A DNA stretch of 63,268 nt, counting the filler, from Sphacelaria rigidula (Eukaryota), in the NCBI GenBank assembly GCA_964200075.2. It is 8 parts of 8 records of this genome, joined end to end, with 100 filler letters (N's around TTAATTAATTAA, not from the genome) between each part and the next. Parts side by side here need not be neighbours in the genome. Positions count along the whole stretch, not along the records: positions 31,690 to 39,510 come from CAXNAA020013355.1; positions 39,611 to 47,430 come from CAXNAA020013356.1; positions 47,531 to 55,349 come from CAXNAA020013357.1; 5 more parts are not named here. One strand, 5' to 3'. A model generated the notes under the pieces. The model had not been told where the DNA came from and did no database searches. It worked only from the letters and a program-made list of their open reading frames with translations. Positions 36,740-48,600 of the stretch are shown in pieces; position 1 is the stretch's first letter; each line of letters starts with the position of its first letter. Made by a program: the position numbers and the translations under genes.

Positions 36740-39510
36740 ACAATAAGCAGGCAATACCCGCACGTTACACTGAGGAAAAGTGGCATCGGAAACTTCGCCG
36801 GTGATAATTGCGTGCTTTGGTACTTCGAAGAAACGCCATAGCTGCTCCTCAGCTGTGCACGTTGTTCTCCGTCGAGGGTAGGTAATCTGTTCATGCAGTG
36901 ATTGTTTATTAAAACTGATGCCGGTTCCACAGACTATCAATGGTCGCGGTCATACAGTGATCATGTCGCCCAAATCTGTTCAGAATCCAATGCGAAAAAT
37001 AGAGGTCGTTTGTTCTCCCTTAGAGCTACTGTAGTGCGCGAGGGTAGGTCATCTGGTCATGCAGTGATTTTTCAAGTAAAACTGATGGCGATTCCACGGA
37101 CTACCCACGATCGCGGTAGAACAGTTACATTGTCATCTCGGACGCCCAAACGATCCACCGATATATCAGCGAGGAAATCGATCAAACGGAACGCATCACG
37201 TCGAAACACCATGCAGAACACAGCCCGGAAAGCAAAACCCAAGCAAAACATGAAGGCACCGAAATGTCTAGCGACTGCTCATCAGCTGTGCACGTTGTTG
37301 TCTCTTAGAGCTAGTCCGCAAGGGTCGTCTGGTAATGCAATGATTCTTCAAGTAAAATTGATGCCGATTCCACAGACTATCAACGGTCGCGTTGGAACAG
37401 TTGCCCATCGCGGACGCCCAAAGGGCTCACCGACACACCAGCGACGAAATACATCAAACGGAACGCATCGCAACGTCAAAACACCATGCCGTATCACAAT
37501 AAGCAGGCAATACCCGCAACGTGATGGATATTTAACTGAGAAACACAACATGTAATGTACAAAATCGACGAACAACTAACAGTAGGGACCGTGGAAAGCA
37601 GTGTGAAAAATGGTTTTCAAGTTGAGAAACGACCCGAGAAATATGTTCGGGAAAGACGTGATAAAAAGTGGCATCGGAAACTTCGCGGCTCATGATAAAA
37701 AGTGTCCTGCGTGGAGGAACGATCCGAATTCCGCGGCCCATGATGAAGAGTGTTTTGACAAAAACACAGGAAACGGATATGTGTTCGAGAGAATGGTGAA
37801 AAATGGTATCGGAAACTTTGCGGCTGCTATAGCACGAAAAAAAAAGGACCAAGAAGAGACGATGATGAGTTGCGCGCCAATCGGTAATGACAGGTAAAGT
37901 GACATCGGAAACTTCGCCGGTGATAATTGCGTGCTATGATGGCACAGACGTTCTGTTCTGTACACTGGGAGAGTTCGCGATTCATGCTCGCCGTCATCTA
38001 AAAGCAAGTGAAAAAAGTACATCTGTATCAGAGCTTCTGGCAACGATTCTGACAGGAAACGTACAAAACGGCGGAGCGGCACAGACGTTCTGTTCTGTAC
38101 AGTGGGAGAGTTCGCGACTCATGCTCGTCGTCATCTAAAGCAAGTGAAAAAAGTATATCTGTATCAGAGCTTCTGGCAACGATTCTGACAGGAAACGTAC
38201 AAAACGGCGGAGCGATTGAAAGGCCTGTGTGCGGTGGAAAAAACGGCGGAACGCTTATGGATATGAAATGCATGAAAATACTCTGCAAAGCACTGCCGGG
38301 AAAGTGATGCTCCTGAAACCTCCTGAAGCAAAATGTCCAGCGGAATGGAAGCGGAAAACGTGTACTTTGAAATCAAGTAATGCTTGTAAGAGGTTGAGAG
38401 AACCGGGTAAAGACGCTGGGAAAGTCCACGACTCATGATAGCAGAGACGTTCTGTTCTGTGCTCTGTTCTGTACACCGGGAAAGTTCGCGACTCACTATA
38501 TTACGGGGGAATACTCGGTTTTCAGAGCTGCTGTGAACGTTCTGGGATTCTGACCAAAAACGGCGGAGCGATTAGAAGGCCTGTATGCGGTGTGAGGTAG
38601 ACGAACGAAGGGTGGACGAACGAAGGGTCTACTTTGACGGCGAGGAAAAAACGGGTGAACGAAAGTGATGAAAACACCATGCAGAACACTGCCGGGAAAG
38701 CGACAAAAGCGATGCTCCCGAATCGACCTGAGGCGAAATGTCTAGCGAAATGAAAGCGGAAAACGTGTAATAAAGTGTGAGAGGTTGAGAGAACGATATG
38801 ACCCCGTTTCGCAGTACTTCGCTATACTCTAAAATCAAGTAAGAGGCAATACTGGCTTCTCAGAGCTTCTGGGAGAACAAAATGGGCGCGAAAAAATGTA
38901 CTCTAAAATCAAGTGAAAAAATGAAAAAAGTGCACCTGCATCCAAGGCTCTTCAACGGCGAAAAAGATAAATGAAGTAATTGATACAAGGTTTTTGGCAC
39001 TTCGCGCCCTCGCTCGATGAAGCGTTACTCAAGGCAAAGGATGATGTGGAATGTTGCAACCGACATCAGCCGTCGCCTGCATACAGGAGTGCTTAGGGGC
39101 GAAGATAAGATCCAGAGATAGCTCGTTCTCTTCTTTTTGCCTCTTTGGACTTTCAAACATCGTCGACGACGATTAAACCTGACCAAAAAAGAGCCGGAAG
39201 GAGGCAGAAGACACTGGTCCGGCACAACTAAACCCCCCCCCGTGAAGCTCCACCCATTCTCCGTCCGAGAAATCCACGCGAAATGAACGTATTTATCCTT
39301 AAAAAAACGACAAACCCTGAACGAGGATCAAGAATCGAAACGAGGCAGAAGACACTGATCGTACAGAACTAAAGAATAACCGTCATTCTCCACCCATCCT
39401 CCGCGTCTCAGATATCTGCCCAAAATGAACTCATTTCAACCTTCGAACATGGACAAAACTCGACCGAAGACAAAGAATCTCAGCGACGCAGAAGACACTG
39501 ATCCTGCAGA
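36740..39510. repeat. Complex degenerate tandem-repeat region
   Basis: Recurring GGCATCGGAAACTTCGC blocks, a near-perfect ~137-bp duplication (37941-38077 and 38078-38213), and GCAGAAGACACTG at ~140-bp spacing from 39200 to 39510. Confidence 0.8.
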
Positions 39511-39639
39511 NNNNNNNNNNNNNNNNNNNNNNNNNNNNNNNNNNNNNNNNNNNNTTAATTAATTAANNNNNNNNNNNNNNNNNNNNNNNNNNNNNNNNNN
39601 NNNNNNNNNNTTTTTTTTTTTCCGATTTTCCGTGGGACC

Positions 39640-40510
39640 TCGCGTTTTTTTTTTTTGCGGTAACCATGATGGCAGTCGAGCTAGGTCATGTTGTGCGGCG
39701 TGAGAAAACCTCAACGCCGCACAATGGGGATGATCGTACTACGTGGTGATTCAACGGTGTATAAGCCGTGGTTGTCTCTGGAGGTGGCAATACCAGAAAA
39801 TGAAGCAGCGCATTGGAGGCTGTCATTCAAATGCAAGATAATCAGTAGGCTTCGAGCCGAATAATCTTGGCAGGATGCAGCTCACCCTTCATGCGACTCG
39901 CCGAACACACCACGGCGCTTGGTGGTTGAGTGCGAGGCTGGTCCGACGAAAACCCGGCGTGCCCCGTCCCGGCTTTGCAGGGACGGAACCCCCCTATCGA
40001 GTTGGCGTCGGTTGCCAATGACGCTGCAAAACACGCCACTCACTGCGTATACTATACTTGTTAGCGTTTTCTTTCGCGCTCGCGCATTTTTTGTGGTAAT
40101 CATGATGGTGGTCGAGTTATAATATAATAGATCATGCCGTACGAGGTGAGAGAACCTCAGTTCCGCGCGAAGGGGATGATCATACCACTTGGTGTTCGAG
40201 CGGGAAGACACCCATAGGGCATCGTATAAGCCGTGGCTCTCGCTGGGAGTGATTATGCCAGGAAAGGAAGCAACTCATTGGAGGTGTCATTTAAATGCAA
40301 GATGATGAGTACGCTTCGGGCCGAGCAATCTAAGCGGGATGCAGCTCACCCTTGATGCGACTCGCCGAACAAATCACGGCGCTTCGCGCTTGGTGATTGG
40401 TTTCGAGCCTGGTCTGGCGAAGACCTGGCGCGCTTCGTCCCGGCCTTGTAGGGATGCGAGATCAACGGGCATATGAGTACGGCATGCAAGATCATGGGTA
40501 CCCCCCCCTT
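39640..40510. repeat. Two tandem ~434-bp units in the intron preceding the MYND exon
   Basis: TTTTTG(C/T)GGTAA(C/T)CATGATGG at ~39653 and ~40087; GGATGCAGCTCACCCTT at ~39873 and ~40337. Confidence 0.8.
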
Positions 40511-40829
40511 CCTTCGACCCTCCTCCTCTCTCCCGCCCACATCCCGTCATGAAATATTCGAAGCAAATGTAACATCACATACTGTACACTACACGTGCAA
40601 CATACACGCGCTATTGATTGTGCAGATATTAGTCTCATTGGCTACGGGTTCTCTTTCTCGTTCCGAGGTGTCCTCTTCAACTCATGACCACCTCCCTCCC
40701 TCCCTCCCTCCCCTCCGCCCCTGCTGCATAACGCTTCCTTTGTTGGTTCTCCGGGCGACGATCATTGGAATTATCGCTGGCGGCTTGTTCGTACGTACGA
40801 ACGTCTACTGCACGCGACCCAAAAACCAG

Positions 40830-40914
40830 GTGTGCCAAGCCCTCGTGTGGTAAGCGGCAGGGCGGGCAGGGCGGCAATGACTTGATCATGTTCAAGAAGT
40901 GCAGTCGCTGCCAG
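40830..40914 (+). CDS. MYND zinc-finger protein, penultimate exon
   Basis: CAG|G then CAKPSCGKRQGGQGGNDLIMFKKCSRCQ|GT: first half of a MYND finger with a phase-0 donor. Confidence 0.85.
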
Positions 40915-41109
40915 GTGGGCGATGGTCGATTTCAGAGTAGGGCTTTTTAAGAGAACATGGAATGGGAATTCCCGTCCTCTCGAAGGCGACGAGGAGATAA
41001 AATTTTCACACGCCGGACGAGTCATTACTCGTCGCAACGAGTGCACTCGTGGATGTTGAAAAAAAACACAACGTGCATGAATCGTGTTCTCGAGTCAGTA
41101 CCTTTTTAT

Positions 41110-41330
41110 ACAACAAGCAGTGACTCGAGTGCTTGCCCTATTAATTTTACTTTCACGACGAGCAATGACTCGATTGCTCGCCTTATTAGTTTGTTTCCAC
41201 AATGAGCAATGACTCGAGTGCTCGCCCTATTATTTTTTTCCACAATGAGCAATGACTCGAGTGCTCGCCTCATTAGTTTGTTCCCACAACGAGCAGTGAG
41301 TCGAGTGCTCGCCCTAATGATTTTCACGGC
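41110..41330. repeat. Short tandem repeat (~43 bp, 5 units) with core GAGCAATGACTCGAGTGCTCGCC
   Basis: Visible directly; the core contains the palindrome ACTCGAGT. Confidence 0.8.
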
Positions 41331-41939
41331 CAACGAGCGCAGCCCAAGGAGTGCGAGTGCCACGAGTCACATTCGTGCTCGTCCGACGTATGAAAAATTT
41401 TCCCGCCGCCAAAACAGTTGCGGGACGGGAGGGGAAAGTTTGGGGATATCTCGCGACGGGACGGGACGGGGCGGGAAGTTCGCCCTCGAAAATACGATGG
41501 GACGGGACAGGACGGGACGGGAAGTTCTCGTTCCCGTCCCGTTATCATGCGAAAGGGAAGATATCGTCCCGCGAGATTCCCGTTCCACCCCGCTGTGTCG
41601 TCAGGGGAAATGCGTGCCCTTACCCGAACTACGTGGACTGAGACCAGAATTTTGTGCAAGCAAGGCCTTGACGGCATCAGCCAAAAAAAGCATCGCAGAT
41701 TTCGCCCTTTGGCGTAAGGAACATGACTCGCATCGAGCAAATATCGGAATATACTCCCGAGATATGTTCAACTTGTCATTAGATTGGACGGGATTTCCCG
41801 TTCTTCTCACGATGTGTCCGCTCGACACGATAGTGTTTTTTTCAGATGACGTAGCCGCAGCAACAACCCTGCCCTCGCGTGAGAAACCTGAAACTCCTTC
41901 CAAACTCGGGTCTGGACTTCCGTCCGCAATCGCAGTCTA

Positions 41940-43060
41940 GGCTGGGCCGCCCAAGACGCGGATAGGGATGTGAACATGCGATTTAGCGGCTCGATTTTGG
42001 GTCGTTTTCTATGAAATTTTGACAAAGTGTACAAAACGAATGTACAAAGACTCCATTTCCTGCCCCCTACATTTTTTTGTTCTTTACGGAAGTTAGTCGA
42101 GATTGTGTTCCGAGATGAACTGTTCTGAAATGTTTGGTCGCCGATAACTCACCGAGAACAAAAATGTAGGGGGCATAAGGTGGAGTCTTTGCACATACAT
42201 CCTGTACATCGTGTCAGAATCTCATACAAAACGATCCTAAATTGAGCTGCTAAATCGCGTGTTCGGGTCGAAGACCGGGTCCTATGTGGAGACGGACTAG
42301 CCACGAAAAAATGAAACGCGGTTATGCTCTTCAATTTCACGTATTTTCCCACGAAGTTCTGACACGATGCGCATGAGGTATGTTGTGAAGTCCACATTGT
42401 CTCCCCCTGTCATTTTTTGTTTTATTCGATGAGTTGTCGACGCTTTTATACCAGGAAATTGTTCCGAAATTTAGATCACCAAAAACTCACGAGGGGAGAA
42501 GAAAATGAAAGAGGAGGACACGGTAGGGGCTTCACATATACCTAATATATATCGTGTCAAAATTTCATGGAAAACGATTTGAAATTGAGCAGTGAAATCG
42601 CGTTTCTGTCGAGAACTGATTCACTTGCTTTTAGCGTACAACCTCAGCCGGAACTTCGACGTTTTCTAGAAGTCCGACGCCCTGGGGCGCTGGAGGTCTC
42701 GTCGTCTACGTGCTATCTCAGACCCTGCGCGCGTACGGTACGATATGCATTGTTGTACAACCACAACTAGTGCAGCATCATCACTTCGCGGCCGCGGCAC
42801 AACCGACTGTAACCGTGAATGCGATTTCAGCCGTTTTTTCCCTTAATCCCGCCGCACATGCCACCCTCAACTCTCTACACTTCGTAGGTGACAGCAGTTG
42901 GGCATTTCGTTTGATGGGAACTTGTCAGATCGCAGTGCTACGGGAAGTGAAAGACGCGCGTTGATTTGCAGACTACCACGATGTGTCATAAGCACAACTC
43001 GCGATAGATCGTCAGTTAGAACCGGCTGAAGGAAAGTCCGTTTCTCAGGCGGCCCAGCCC
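41940..43060. mobile_element. TIR element (GGCTGGGCCGCC termini) with internal inverted repeats
   Basis: GGCTGGGCCGCC at 41940 and GGCGGCCCAGCC at ~43049-43060. 41978-42078 is inverted at ~42160-42258. Termini resemble the CGAGCTGGGCCAGCC family. Confidence 0.6.
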
Positions 43061-43473
43061 GTATTACTCTTCACAGGTGGAGGGGCCTCGCATACGGTAC
43101 TGTCAAGTTTTTGAGAGAGGAAAGCCTAGATCTATAAGTACTTGAGAAAGATTTGCCAGAATAACATGGCGCATATTCGCTGATGTGAGATAATCAATCA
43201 ATCAATATTCGAACCTGTTCTGAAATATTCGTCCACGCTATTTGTTTATCGTCACACGTGCGTACTACAATCAAATGACAACAAATGAGTACGAGCAGAA
43301 AATATATCGTTTTGCAAAGTGTTTTTTCCGATACCGTGCAGTACATCGGGAATATTAGGCTTTAGTTCCGTATGCGCGCATAAAGTTCAGCTTAATTTCG
43401 TCTTTTTTTAGCTTAAATAGGCCTGTTGAGCGCAAAGCTTATAATTGGCTTATAACGCTTGAAACGAGCTTAA

Positions 43474-43570
43474 CCCTTGGACCGCGAGATTAGTCTTTTT
43501 GGATCATGCATACTTTTTTTCGCTTGAAAGTGATGCCGATTCAACAGAACACTAATCCGCGGTCTAAGGG
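43474..43570. mobile_element. 97-bp piggyBac-type MITE (TTAA TSD)
   Basis: TTAA|CCCTTGGACCGCGAGATTAG...CTAATCCGCGGTCTAAGGG|TTAA, with CCC...GGG termini. Confidence 0.8.
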
Positions 43571-43925
43571 TTAACTTGCTTGAAACGCGCACAAAGTTGC
43601 GATATTGTTTTGCTCGCAAGTGCTCCATGTGGTGCAACTCGCCACCAGACAGGCTGACAGGCGTCAGGCTTCGGGCTCTAATACTCAATATTTCAAATTC
43701 ACATGGTCATGTTCCGTGTTCCTATTTTGTTGGGGGTCTGATGAGCGGACTGCTCCAGTTTATATTTGATACACATCTTACTATGTTGCTTTCAAAAATG
43801 TGACTAGATACTAAATAAGAAATACACTTGTAATTTGTACAGCACAGCAGACATCAGTAGTAACATCAAGAACCAACAGAGAGAAGTCATAACAAGCGAT
43901 AGCAGCGCTTGTAACTCACGAGGTC

Positions 43926-44190
43926 ATGGCGGGTCTGCTGTCCGAGAAGGACGACTTTTTGGTCGCGGCCTCAGGCGCGCACTCGGAGGACGGTTTGTTG
44001 TCGTTTTGACATGACAACAAGAACAGGCTTCCCAGTTGGAATCTCGTGGCGATGGATATTGTACTTCACGAGCCACCGTCCGCGTCTACAGAGCAAGTGT
44101 TTTCAATTTGGAGGGGGTGCTTGAACTCCCGGCAGGAGAAGACTTGACATGACCCGTTCAAATCCGTAGTTTTGATGAAGAACAATCGGT
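43926..44190 (+). pseudogene. hAT-like transposase C-terminal dimerisation domain remnant
   Basis: LLSF*HDNKNRLPSWNLVAMDIVLHEPPSASTEQVFSIWRGCLNSRQEKT*HD resembles the hAT W-x-P-x-A-x-PxSSAxxERxFS pattern. Two in-frame stops. Confidence 0.65.
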
Positions 44191-44936
44191 ACCGGTTGTT
44201 CTACAATATTTTCAATTTCGACTGACGGTAGATGACGCGGGGGTGGTGGTGGTTGCTTGTAGCTTGTAGCTTGCCGGGCGAGAGGCCAAAGGCTGCAATG
44301 CCCGGTGTCTAGAGGCTACAATGCCGTACTGCTGTATCAAGATAAGTGTAGTGACGTTTGTTGTTTCCGTACGTGGGTAAAGATGTAGGTGTGCCGGTTG
44401 TGGTCTCCAAACTCAAAAACTGAAGAAAAAAAAAACTTCATCTTTTTATTATAAATAATCAATAAAACTTTGAATGCTCAACTTACCGTCTTGTCCTCAT
44501 GCTAGAAGGCGCGCCTCGTGAGGGGAAACTCCCACAACGCCACAACAAGGGCGGGGATAAGGCGCACAAAGCGCGCCTAATTTGCGCTAAAAAAGCTTGA
44601 AATGGGGCTTTAAAAAAAAGAAAAAACGCGCATACGGAACTAAAGCCTAGAAAATATTCGTTTTGACTCTTCGACTCCCCGGGTAGGTGTGTCCATGCTG
44701 TTGAATCGACGTCATTGTCCACTCGAAATTGGATGATGTGAGACCCAGGTGTTTTCCTGCGAGCACGTGAATGTCTGGAGGTTTCAACATTTGTGTGGGT
44801 ACGTCTGTGTGATGGCGGCGCTATTTGCACAGGCGCACAAGTTAATTCCGTGTGGGACTGGCTAGCTCCCACACATGATATCAGATCAGATCAAACAGAG
44901 CACTTGTTTTCTGATTCCTTGGAAAATATTGCGTTC

Positions 44937-44972
<36 letters not shown>

Positions 44973-45176
44973 ACCCCCGGGCCCCCCGGGGCCCTTTTCT
45001 TCTCCGCCCAGGGCCCCGGGGGGGCCCGGGGGGAGGGGGGCAAANNNNNNNNNNCCCCACAATAAAATAAAACAAAAAAAAAAACAGCATTTTTTTTTTT
45101 TTTCCTTGAAAAAATTTCCCTCCCCCCCCCCCCCCCCCCCCCTCTCGCTCTCCCCACGACGACACCGGACTGCCAG

Positions 45177-45257
45177 GTAGCCTTCTACTGCTCGACCGAG
45201 TGCCAGGTGGCGCACTGGAAGGAAGGGCACAAACAAGAGTGCAAGAGGTCGAAGTAG
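45177..45257 (+). CDS. MYND zinc-finger protein, terminal exon
   Basis: CAG|VAFYCSTECQVAHWKEGHKQECKRSK* completes the MYND consensus (YCSxxCQxxHWxxxHKxxC) in phase with 40830-40914. Confidence 0.9.
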   Translation, partial: VAFYCSTECQVAHWKEGHKQECKRSK

Positions 45258-47362
45258 AGGATATTGTATTTATTTCTGCGGGGGGAAGAGGGGGGCGGGC
45301 ATCGACCATCGACTGTGTTATTGACCGAAGACAAGCATCATGGGGGGTAGGTTGACGCTCGACGTCGGGAAACTGCTCCTACACGAGTTCGCTGCTGTAC
45401 ACCACATCCATGGACCCTCTTGAATCGGGCAAAAATTTACCCCCTCCCCAGCCATTCCATGGGATGGCCCTCTCTGCTCGGTACGAAGTAGATGCCTTCA
45501 GGTTCACCCGAAGAGGGAGGGTGTCTGTCTACTCCCTTGGACGGGGTGCTCGTAGTCTCTGCTACGGGTGTGCAATTATGAATGTCCTGTGGAGATTTGG
45601 AGAGGATGGGGAGAGGGTCTAGTAACAACGCTGGCAAAAATATTGAGGGGAGTGGTCTTGAAATTGGAACAGTCTCTCGTCTTTATTCACCTTACTCCCA
45701 GAAATGTGAGGTTTATTTGTCGGTAGTTTAGCGCTACGGTACAAGTATTGGATCATGAAATAACGCATGGCGTTTCATGTGGTTGTCGCCCTGTCAGTGC
45801 CGAGATGTGGAGTGTGAATGCCCGTGACTTGCCCAGACGCGAATGGCACGGGAGCGGCATTTGACCTAACTTTCTTCCCCCCCCCCCCCTGAGGGAGGAG
45901 AGAGGATAGAGAGTGAGACGAGATGTTCTTGGGCGTGGTTAGGTTTGTTGTTTGATTGATGAATGTGACCTTGGTGCGGAGGTGTCGTGGATGTGTTGCG
46001 TGCGCCTCGTGAACTGTCTGTTCTGTCTACAGTGTTGCTGAAATAATGCGACAGAAAAAATTAGATAGGTATGAAATAGAGACGAAGAAGAAAACTGCCG
46101 TTTCGAAGGTCGTCACCCACGCGCTTTTGAGTGCGATACTCGTACTGCATGCATATTCTAGTCGTATCTAGTCTAGTCTTGCCTTGTCCCCCCCCCACCG
46201 CCTCACACGGTTCTCTGTCTCGAAAGGAATGCGTGGTCAATGGTCGAATTACTGAGGCAAGCTTGACTACGTCCCCCCTTCCCCCCCCAAAAGATGGAAC
46301 CCTGTTTGTACCTTATTGTGTGCTGCATTGTGTTCAGAATGGTGTGTTGTGACTCGTACCCATGTTGAGAATTAAAAGTAACATAGATACAACTGGACCT
46401 CCTTCGTCTTTCAGTTTGCGTAGGGTATATGTGGGAGGGTAAGGCAGTGACGACCTCCTGTAACGCCACTCGGTACTTTTTATATTGGAAATGGCCGAAC
46501 GGGTGAGAGCTATGATTGGAAGAAAGGAAGAACAAAAAATAGGCGAAAGAAGTAGCTCTCCACCCATACGATTTTGTTTCTCCTCATCGTCTCTTTTTTT
46601 TTAAACAAGTACATGAACGAACTCCTGTATTGCTGTGAAACAGATCCCACGTATCTCGCAGGGATAAATAATGGAATTTGAAGATATAAACAAGTCACTT
46701 CCGTGGGTATCTTCATTATTGCTGTACTTCAATACCTCAGAATAATGCTACACACACGAACACCTACACACCACGAAATATAACGTTCGTCTTGCGTGGA
46801 TGGCTCACTTGAACCTATGACCTGGAAAGATTTAGTATCTTCACTTTCGGAGCATTCGCATGAGTAATGACTCTTGTCATTTGCAACGCACTTAGGATGC
46901 ATGGGTTCGGATGCACCGAATCGCGGTCAATGACACGGTTTGAAGAAAATCAACGTCATCCTGCGGCATTCGACAGCTCGTTTACACCAGCACGGGACTC
47001 TCCCCCGGGAATCGCACTGCCTACTAGATGCACACAATCTCGTGAAGCCAGAGTAGTGGAGAGGGGAGGGGAAAGGGCACTGCCGGCTTGTATTCGTCAT
47101 GGATGGCAATTTTTCGACCTGGTTTTGTGAGGAGAGCTGCCACCGTGACTTCTGACGCTTGGCATGCTCTACTCGTATGGATGATATAACACGGATCCTG
47201 AAAAATGAGGTCGATACCAAAATGAGGTTCAAGTAGCATATCTTTTTTGCAGGGATAACACGAAACAGTAACACAGGGCGAAACCATCTTTCCCCCCAAA
47301 ACTCTGCAATTATTGTGAATCATCAGTTGTGGCTTGACCCTTTTGGGATCGACCCCCTGTTA

Positions 47363-47430
47363 GATGTACAACATATCCACTGAGCTAACAGTCAGCGCTG
47401 ACTGTTAGCTCAGTGGATATGTTGTACATC
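47363..47430. repeat. Perfect 68-bp palindrome at the contig end
   Basis: GATGTACAACATATCCACTGAGCTAACAGTCAGC followed directly by its exact reverse complement. Confidence 0.95.
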
Positions 47431-48345
47431 NNNNNNNNNNNNNNNNNNNNNNNNNNNNNNNNNNNNNNNNNNNNTTAATTAATTAANNNNNNNNNNNNNN
47501 NNNNNNNNNNNNNNNNNNNNNNNNNNNNNNCCAGGGTTTAGCATTTTGAACAGGGGATCCTCGCCGGGGGGGATAGGGGTCGGGTGTTCCGTTTTGATCC
47601 CCCCCCCCCCCCCCCCCCCCCCTACCTCTCTCCCTTCCCCGAGGAGAAATCCGGATGATCTCGGTAGGACCCCAAAATTTATATTCTCGGACTCCAAAGT
47701 TGTATGGCGTGCAGTAGTTGTCAACAGGGTCAATGAATGCAGCCATATTTCGATAAATCGGTGCGGGTATGAATATTTTATTAATCGACTCATCATCCTC
47801 AATGAGAAACTTCATCCTCAATTTTCATGATGATCGGTTGTTATCGATCGTACCAAATATTTGTGGTGATTTTCCAGCTGTGCAGAAAGCTATCGACGCC
47901 CCCTGACGACTGGAATCGATGCGCGTGCGGTGGTCGTGTTGCACAGTATCCCAAAAGGTTCACTGCAAGACCATGGTTCTCTTCTGACTTGTGTTTCATG
48001 ATTCGTTCAACGAGTACCAGTACTTATCTTCAGGTACAACCCGCGATTCGCCCGACGGCGTGGGCGGAGTACCCCCCGTAGACGTCTGCACCAAAGGGCG
48101 CACCGCACCAAGCACTGCTCAACGTCTCCATCAGCCCGACGCACGGTTATAACTTCCTTCTGTAAAATACAACCGTAAGGGTTACATAATATATACCTCC
48201 GCAACTCATCTGTATGAACAATCTCTCCAACGTTCTCTACAGGTTTAATCAAAACGCGAAGTCATCGCCGTGGTCTTTGCCAGCTTCCGATGCCGAATTC
48301 TCTCGCTCCGAGCCGCTGCACTCGGAATCTGGATCTCTAAACCAG

Positions 48346-48600
48346 TATTCCTTGGCTCAGGCACAGGGTAATGGTTTTAGATCTTTTATGGAAGAGCGCC
48401 CAAGTTCCACTGTAACTTGGGAGAGTGCTGATGAGATGGAGGGTAGCTGAAAGAGAGTGGTCACGGGTGGCGGGCTGCTCCGCTGCTCTCAGCCGTACTG
48501 TACCACATTTACACACACTTGACTGTCGGTACTCGTACGCCACCCCGATCCCCAGTTCTACGTAGATCCAGCATTACTGGGTATCTGAATCACCTGAACA
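48346..48600 (-). mobile_element. LTR (255 bp) with upstream polypurine tract and downstream PBS-like motif
   Basis: Minus strand: TAAGGGGGGA|TGTTCAGG...GGAATA|CTGGTTTAGAG. Homologous to 9301-9554. Confidence 0.75.

Noticed and set aside
44938..45142. Poly-Pro and poly-Gly ORFs from C/G runs (also 19088-19201 and 47599-47622)
   Set aside because: Homopolymer tracts beside small N gaps or contig ends; low-quality, intronic or intergenic sequence.
32300..45257. GPDH and MYND exons as a linked pair or fusion gene
   Set aside because: They are on different contigs separated by an artificial spacer; only a dispersed repeat is shared.
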